Source: an uncultured bacterium
GTDB lineage: Bacteria; Planctomycetota; UBA1135; GCA-002686595
NCBI GenBank assembly: GCA_943787795.1
Contig: CALSNU010000001.1
Coordinates: 512,001-576,000 of the forward strand
Length of the DNA stretch: 64,000 bases
Direction of reading: 5' to 3'
Shown piece after piece: positions 58,673 through 64,000 of this stretch. Every line of letters starts with the position of its first letter. The first letter of the stretch is position 1. The position numbers and the translations under genes are program-made. The notes beneath the pieces are model-generated. The model did not search any database and had not been told where the DNA came from. It worked only from the letters and a program-made list of their open reading frames with translations.

Positions 58673-60843
58673 GGCGGCGCCTCGGACTCCTGTCGATGGT
58701 GCTTGCCGCGAGCTGCGGCGGTGGAGGCGACGGCGAGGTCAAGCGGCCCCCGGCGAAGGCCTGGGGCCTGCCTGGCGGCGTGGCCGCGTCCGGGCTCGGC
58801 GAAGAGGTGCGGGCCTCGAGCGACTGCGTGCTGATGCTCGTGCTCGACGGCGTCTCCCGCGCGGACCTGGAGCGGGACGACCTCGAGCTCCCGAACCTCG
58901 AGTCTCTGGCTGCCGGCGCGGTCCGCTACGGGGACGCGATCGCGGTCTCCACGGGCGGTAACTCCGGGCTCGCCTCCCTGCTCACCGGCCGGTACCCGCC
59001 GGAGCACGGCGTCGGCTCCATGCGCACGCCCATGTTCGCCCGGCTCTCGGAGGAGGAGCGCACCCTGGCCGAGGGCTTCCACGACCTGGGCTGGCGGACG
59101 GTGGCCTCCCTGCCCGAGGCGCGGCAGTCCCGCGGGATCTCGGGCTTCGAGCAGGGCTTCGACGGGTTCGACGCGCCGCGCCTCGGCGAGGCCGCACGCG
59201 ACGCCCTCGGCGTCTCCATCGGCGCCCGTGACCTCCTGGCGGGGCCGCTCCTTGAGCCCGGCCTCGGGGTCTTCGGCCTGGTGGTCTTCGGGGCGCCGCT
59301 GGGGCCGGCCAAGGCGGATCCCGAACAGCTCATGGGCGCCGCGCCGCTGATCGGCGAGCGCCTCGCCTCCGTCGCGGCGGAGCGAGCGGAGGTGGCGCGG
59401 GAGCTGCAGCGTCTGGACGGGACGGCCGAGGCGGCCCGGGAGCTCGTCCGCATGCTCGGCCGGGCGCGGGGGAGCGACGCGTGGGAGCTGCTCGAGCGCG
59501 CCGTTCGGGACGCGCAGCTACTGGAGATCGATCGCGCGGTGGGGCGGCTGCTGGAGCAGGTGGAGGTCGCCGGCCGGGGCGAAGACTGCACCGTGGTCCT
59601 CTGCGCCACCCGCGGCCTCCTCCGCCGGCCGACGGAGCTCACCGTGGGTCGGCGCTTCGCGACCGAGCTGCTCGAGGTCCCGCTTTGGATCCGGTGGGCG
59701 CGGGGCCAGGGGAGCGAGGCGCCGGTCGTCGAGACCGTCTCGGTGCTCGAGTCCAGCCGCGCGCTGGATCGCGCCTTCGATCTGGGCTTGGAGCCCTCGT
59801 TCTACCCTTCGGTGGGGTCGGCCTACACCTCCTCCGCTGGCCTCGACGCCCACGCCTTCGTGGCGCCGGCCCGACAGGAGGAGCGACTGGGGATTCAGTC
59901 CAGCGCGCAGGCCTTCGATCGGGCGGGAGGGGTGTCGACCCTGGAGCTTCGGCCCCTGCTCCACGACGACCCGTTCACCGCCTACACCAGCCTCCCGGAG
60001 CTCGAGTTCTGGTGGACCGGCGGTGAGGAACCTCCGGCTGTGCGCTGGGAGAGCGGCGCGCACCTCGCGCTCGACGTTCAGGCCGGCGGCGCGCCGGCGC
60101 GAAAGGGTCGCCTGACGTTCGACCCCTCGAGTCGGGGGGCGGCGTGGGGTCGACTTCGACTCGGTGGGCGCGGGGCGTCGCTGCGGGTCTCCCTTGAACC
60201 CCGGCGCCGCGGGGCCAAGGCGTCCGGCGCTCTGGTCCCGGACGCCGTGCTCCTGGGGGGGCCCACGCTGGCGCAAGGGTCGACGCTCTACCTCGAGGGC
60301 GGGGGGGGCGAGGCCGTCGATCCGGAGGCGCCGCAGGGGCCTTGGCTCCGGCTCGAGAAGGAACGCAGCGTCTGGTGGCGGGCCCGGGTGGAGGGTGCGG
60401 GGCCCGCAGAGGTGCTGGTGGGCTGCTGGCCGCCCCGGGATCTCTGGGACGGGCTGGAGGTCGAGGCCTCCGCGCCGGTTCGGCGTGTCGAGGTCCCCGG
60501 CCGCCCGGACCTGGTGAAGCTGGTGGGGGAGGCGCCGTTCGACTTCGCGGTCCGCAAGGAGGCCAGGGAGCGGTTCGCCCTCAGCTGCTCGGTGGGAGGG
60601 AGTGACCTGGCGCCCGACCGCATCTCGGTGGACGGCGAGGGTCTCGGGGGGCCCGACGGGTTCGCGTTCCGCCTGGACCACTGGAAGGTGCCGCCGAGGT
60701 GGCCGGGCCCCAACGTGGAGGACCTGGGGGACGGAGTGCTGTACATCAGGGAACGAGACGGGCACCCCACGTCCCCGTGGGTGAGCGAGGGCTTCACCCT
60801 CGACCAGCTGCGCTTCCTACGCACGCTGCCCCTGGGCGAGTAG
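58669..60843 (+). CDS. Sulfatase/alkaline-phosphatase-fold lipoprotein with degenerate active site
   Basis: Lipobox AASC; LVLDG..R.D, PNL..LA, ASLLTGRYP..HG, TLAE, GFEQGFD; no C/S-x-P-x-R. Confidence 0.75.
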   Translation: MRRRLGLLSMVLAASCGGGGDGEVKRPPAKAWGLPGGVAASGLGEEVRASSDCVLMLVLDGVSRADLERDDLELPNLESLAAGAVRYGDAIAVSTGGNSGLASLLTGRYPPEHGVGSMRTPMFARLSEEERTLAEGFHDLGWRTVASLPEARQSRGISGFEQGFDGFDAPRLGEAARDALGVSIGARDLLAGPLLEPGLGVFGLVVFGAPLGPAKADPEQLMGAAPLIGERLASVAAERAEVARELQRLDGTAEAARELVRMLGRARGSDAWELLERAVRDAQLLEIDRAVGRLLEQVEVAGRGEDCTVVLCATRGLLRRPTELTVGRRFATELLEVPLWIRWARGQGSEAPVVETVSVLESSRALDRAFDLGLEPSFYPSVGSAYTSSAGLDAHAFVAPARQEERLGIQSSAQAFDRAGGVSTLELRPLLHDDPFTAYTSLPELEFWWTGGEEPPAVRWESGAHLALDVQAGGAPARKGRLTFDPSSRGAAWGRLRLGGRGASLRVSLEPRRRGAKASGALVPDAVLLGGPTLAQGSTLYLEGGGGEAVDPEAPQGPWLRLEKERSVWWRARVEGAGPAEVLVGCWPPRDLWDGLEVEASAPVRRVEVPGRPDLVKLVGEAPFDFAVRKEARERFALSCSVGGSDLAPDRISVDGEGLGGPDGFAFRLDHWKVPPRWPGPNVEDLGDGVLYIRERDGHPTSPWVSEGFTLDQLRFLRTLPLGE

Positions 60844-60853
60844 TCTCTGCCCC

Positions 60854-61657
60854 GTGAAGCGCATCATCCTCTGTCGACCCGCCGGCCCCCGCAATGTGGG
60901 CGCCGTCCTCCGCGCGGCCCTGAACTTTGGTCCGGCCGAGGTCGTGATCAAGGGGCTCGGCCGCCCGTCGCTGTTGGTCCACCCTGACTTCGAGCTCATG
61001 TCCCACGGCGGCGAGGACGCCAGGTCCGCCATCAAGGTGGTCGAGACCATGGAGGAGGCCCTGGAGGGATGCCACCACGCGGTGGCCTTCACCGCCCGCG
61101 CGAGGAAGAAGGAGCGGCGGGTGAACTGGCGCGAGCGCGCGCCGGAGCTCGCGCCCATGGGCGACGACGAGGAACAGCGGCTCGCGCTGATCTTCGGCAG
61201 CGAGGAGAGCGGCCTGACCCGGGAGGAGGCGGCGGTGGCGCAGGAGCTCGCTCACCTACGGACCGCGCCCGCGCACACCTCACTCAACCTGGCTCAGGCG
61301 GTGACGGTGGTGCTGCACAGCCTGTTCACCGGGGACGAGGTGCACCAGCGGGAGCCCAAGCCCAAGCGCCTGGACCAGCGCGAGCGGACCTTCCTCAAGG
61401 AGCGGATGACCGAAGTGCTCGCGGGAGAGGTGGCGTTCACGGAGTCCGCCGCGAAGGACATCACGGGGGCGATCGAGCGCATGGTCACCCGCGCCCCGCT
61501 TGAGCCCCGGGACGCGCGAGCCTGGCACATCATCCTCCGATCGCTGGGTTCCTCCGCGACGCCGTCCGAGTTCGGCCTCGAGGAGCAGCCCAGGGACGCA
61601 AGGCGCCGCGACGCCCTCGAGCGAAACGAGCGGCGCCGCGGCGGCGATGACGGCTGA
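60854..61657 (+). CDS. trmJ: SPOUT tRNA methyltransferase, TrmJ/LasT family
   Basis: P.GPRNVGAVLRAALNFG, AFTAR, LIFGSEESGLT.EE, SLNLAQAV. Confidence 0.85.
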   Translation: MKRIILCRPAGPRNVGAVLRAALNFGPAEVVIKGLGRPSLLVHPDFELMSHGGEDARSAIKVVETMEEALEGCHHAVAFTARARKKERRVNWRERAPELAPMGDDEEQRLALIFGSEESGLTREEAAVAQELAHLRTAPAHTSLNLAQAVTVVLHSLFTGDEVHQREPKPKRLDQRERTFLKERMTEVLAGEVAFTESAAKDITGAIERMVTRAPLEPRDARAWHIILRSLGSSATPSEFGLEEQPRDARRRDALERNERRRGGDDG

Positions 61658-61684
61658 TAGCCGTTCCTGAGGGGATGACCGTGG

Positions 61685-62902
61685 TTACTGGAAGGTGATC
61701 CCGATCGAGCTGGAGAAGTTCGAGGAGGCCGCGCCACCGGGGGCGGCGTCCCTGTGCCAGAACTGCCAGTTCTGCCGGTCACCGGGCACGAGCACGGTCG
61801 AGCCGCCGCCTGCCACGGGGATCGACGCGAGGTCCGGCTGGAAGAAGACGGACCCCAGCCCGGCGTTGAGCACCTGCGTTGAGTAACGGCCTGCGGCGCC
61901 GAGGCAGAGGTTGCCGAGGGAGCCGCCGGGGTTGGCGGCGAAGCCGGTGGCGGGGGAGGTGATGAAGTAGCCCAGGGAGTTGAGCGGGAGGTCGACGACG
62001 TAGAGCCTGACGTCGTTGTCGATGGCGATCGGGCTGCCAGAGGCGCACAGCGTCGCGGGGCTCCCGGAGCTGTTCACGGCGCCGGCGCATCCCTGCTCCC
62101 CGAGCAACGGGAAGAGGTTGACGTCTCCGAAGCAGGCCGTGAGCGCGTAGGCGCTGAAGCCCTCACCGTTCTTCAGGAACACACGGATGACGACCGCCTC
62201 GGCTGCGGAGGGGTTGGTGGTGTTGACGTACATCACGGACTCGTTGTCCGTGGTCGAGCTTGAGCTGGCGAGGACGTTGCCGGTGCAGGTCCCGCCCTGG
62301 AACTCGAGGATCTCGACGTCGATGTCTCCGAGCGAATGGTCGAAGAGCAGGTCGACCTGGATCTGCACGTCGGCCCGCTGCAGTCGCGCGACGAAGTAGT
62401 CCTCATCGCAGCCCGTGACGACGAGGTTCGGAGTCGTGAAGTCCGTGATCGCGATGAGGGATCCGCTCTGGCAGTCATCGTTGTCCTCGAACGGGTCATC
62501 CACGACCTCGACCAGGTCAATGTTCAGCTCGTAGGGCGCAGCGTTCGCGGCGAGGTCCTCCACGAGGACGACCATCTGCCTGGGAGCGCCGCCGCAGTCG
62601 AAGTAGTCCAGGGGCTGTCCGGAGGCCGTAGCGAGGGGAGCGCCGCACCCGAGCTCGAAGAGCGTCAGCGTGGGGGTCGCCGCGGATGAGATGGCCTCGA
62701 TCTGGATGGAGGCGTTGGCCGGGACGTCAAAGGCGAAGTAGTCGGGGTCGGGTCCCAGGGTCAGGTTCGGCGTCGTCCCCGGGAGGACGAGCGGCGGAGC
62801 GGCGCAATCGTCATTGGGCTCGAAAGCGTCCTGTGGGAGGCACAAGGAGACTGACTGGAGGGCGATGGCAACCGTGGCAGCGGCGCAGACTCTGTGAAAC
62901 AT
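61685..62902 (-). CDS. Secreted protein with two PPC (pre-peptidase C-terminal)-like domains and a conserved C-terminal domain
   Basis: Signal peptide; DAFEPNDDC and DDPFEDNDDC, D.DYF repeats; C-terminal C...NSSG..A...GNLCLG...WQFWHRD...SNFS...ITF. Confidence 0.8.
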   Translation of the reverse strand: MFHRVCAAATVAIALQSVSLCLPQDAFEPNDDCAAPPLVLPGTTPNLTLGPDPDYFAFDVPANASIQIEAISSAATPTLTLFELGCGAPLATASGQPLDYFDCGGAPRQMVVLVEDLAANAAPYELNIDLVEVVDDPFEDNDDCQSGSLIAITDFTTPNLVVTGCDEDYFVARLQRADVQIQVDLLFDHSLGDIDVEILEFQGGTCTGNVLASSSSTTDNESVMYVNTTNPSAAEAVVIRVFLKNGEGFSAYALTACFGDVNLFPLLGEQGCAGAVNSSGSPATLCASGSPIAIDNDVRLYVVDLPLNSLGYFITSPATGFAANPGGSLGNLCLGAAGRYSTQVLNAGLGSVFFQPDLASIPVAGGGSTVLVPGDRQNWQFWHRDAAPGGAASSNFSSSIGITFQ

Positions 62903-63106
62903 GAACTCGGAGTGTGGTGGGGGGAGCGGCATGCTCCGAAGGTGAACTCGCCGAAGGCTAGTCGGGTATTGGACTCGGTGCGGCGGATTGGGCCAGAGGC
63001 TTGTGCCGGGGTGCAAGAATGAGATGGGAGAGGCCCAAATCGGGCAGGATGAGGGCTCATTTGAGGGTGGAGACGCCCCCCTGCGGACTAGGATGGGTCC
63101 AGATTC

Positions 63107-63673
63107 ATGGTCCATCTCAGCCGCATTTACACCAAGTCAGGCGACACCGGTACGACCCAGCTGGGCGACGGATCCACCCTCCCCAAGCACCACCTGAGGG
63201 TCTCGGCTTACGGGAACATCGATGAGCTGAACAGCGTCATCGGGATGATGCTGGTACGCGACGTCGAGGGTCCCACGGCGACCCGACTCCGCCAGGTCCA
63301 GAACGACCTCTTCGACGTGGGCTCCGACCTCTGTGTTCCAGGGGAAGCGGGCGAAAAGCTCCGGATCACGGCGTCCTACGCCGAGCGACTGGAGGCGTGG
63401 ATCGATGAGGTGAACAAGCGGTTGACGCCGATTGACTCCTTCGTGCTTCCCGGCGGCTCCTCCGCAGCGGCATGGCTCCATATGGCCCGTACGGTCTGCC
63501 GGCGCACGGAGCGCTCGATCGTCGAACTCTTCGCCCGCGAAGAGGGCGGGCGCGTGAACGGGGAGGTCCTGAAGTACGTGAACCGGCTCTCGGACCTCTT
63601 CTTCGTCCTCGCGAGAGAGGCCAACGACGGCGGGAAGAGCGACGTGCTCTGGGTGCCAGGTCAGAACGGCTGA
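63107..63673 (+). CDS. pduO: ATP:cob(I)alamin adenosyltransferase, PduO type
   Basis: IYTKSGDTGTT, AYGNIDELNS, QNDLFDVG, FVLPGG, ARTVCRRTER, NRLSDLFF. Confidence 0.93.
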   Translation: MVHLSRIYTKSGDTGTTQLGDGSTLPKHHLRVSAYGNIDELNSVIGMMLVRDVEGPTATRLRQVQNDLFDVGSDLCVPGEAGEKLRITASYAERLEAWIDEVNKRLTPIDSFVLPGGSSAAAWLHMARTVCRRTERSIVELFAREEGGRVNGEVLKYVNRLSDLFFVLAREANDGGKSDVLWVPGQNG

Positions 63674-63722
63674 GCGTCCCGATTCGGGATCGCGACACCT
63701 CGAAGACGGCACCGACATTCTG

Positions 63723-64000
63723 ATGGGCTTTCCGCTGGACCATGCAACGCCGACGGCCTGGGTCTCCCTCGTCGAGCGAGAGCCCGAGAGGCTCCTTGAA
63801 GATCACGCCCACTGCGAGTTGAAGGCGGCCTCATCGGCCCACGCGCTGATCGCCAAGAACCCTGAACACAGCGAGCTGGTCCAGGACCTCGCTGATATCG
63901 CGATCGAGGAGCTGGAGCACTTCAAGGTCGTGGTGTCCGAGCTCGAGGCCCGCGGCGGCCGCCTCGGAGAGCAGACGGAGAACCGGTACGCGGCCTCGTT
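63723..64000 (+). CDS. miaE: tRNA-(ms2io6A37) hydroxylase MiaE, 3'-truncated by window edge
   Basis: Not in the ORF track; hand translation MGFPLDHATPTAWV...LLEDHAHCELKAASSA...IAIEELEHF. Confidence 0.88.
   Translation, partial: MGFPLDHATPTAWVSLVEREPERLLEDHAHCELKAASSAHALIAKNPEHSELVQDLADIAIEELEHFKVVVSELEARGGRLGEQTENRYAAS

Overview
A very GC-rich, gene-dense bacterial chromosomal segment with about 55 CDSs, one tRNA gene, and no CRISPR array, integrase, transposase or prophage that I can see. The gene content suggests a planctomycete, probably of the Saltatorellus/Engelhardtia-like clade; this is inference from a DUF1080 protein, a Tat-exported Gfo/Idh/MocA oxidoreductase, a sulfatase-like protein, many carboxypeptidase-regulatory-like repeat surface proteins and a conserved C-terminal domain of the form WQFWHRD...SNFS. 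Housekeeping genes include leuB (partial), bfr-like, aspC-like, PPi-dependent pfp, hppA, rsfS, tonB plus a TonB-dependent receptor, hutH, DAHP synthase, dus, trmJ, pduO and miaE (partial). The most notable observations are: (1) a complete tRNA-Leu with an AAG anticodon (A34, rare in bacteria); (2) a bacterial homologue of the GTDC1/QTMAN (DUF3524) tRNA-queuosine mannosyltransferase; (3) TANNNT -10 boxes 6-8 nt before at least 11 start codons, suggesting widespread leaderless translation; (4) rsfS apparently starting at an ATC codon; (5) a porin + tandem FMN-bind-like periplasmic protein + hybrid histidine kinase operon that looks like a trans-envelope sensing module; (6) a frameshift in a repeat-rich linker separating the TonB-dependent receptor from its signal peptide; (7) several uncharacterised surface-protein systems and apparent pseudoenzymes. 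All product calls come from motif recognition by eye; no database searches were run.
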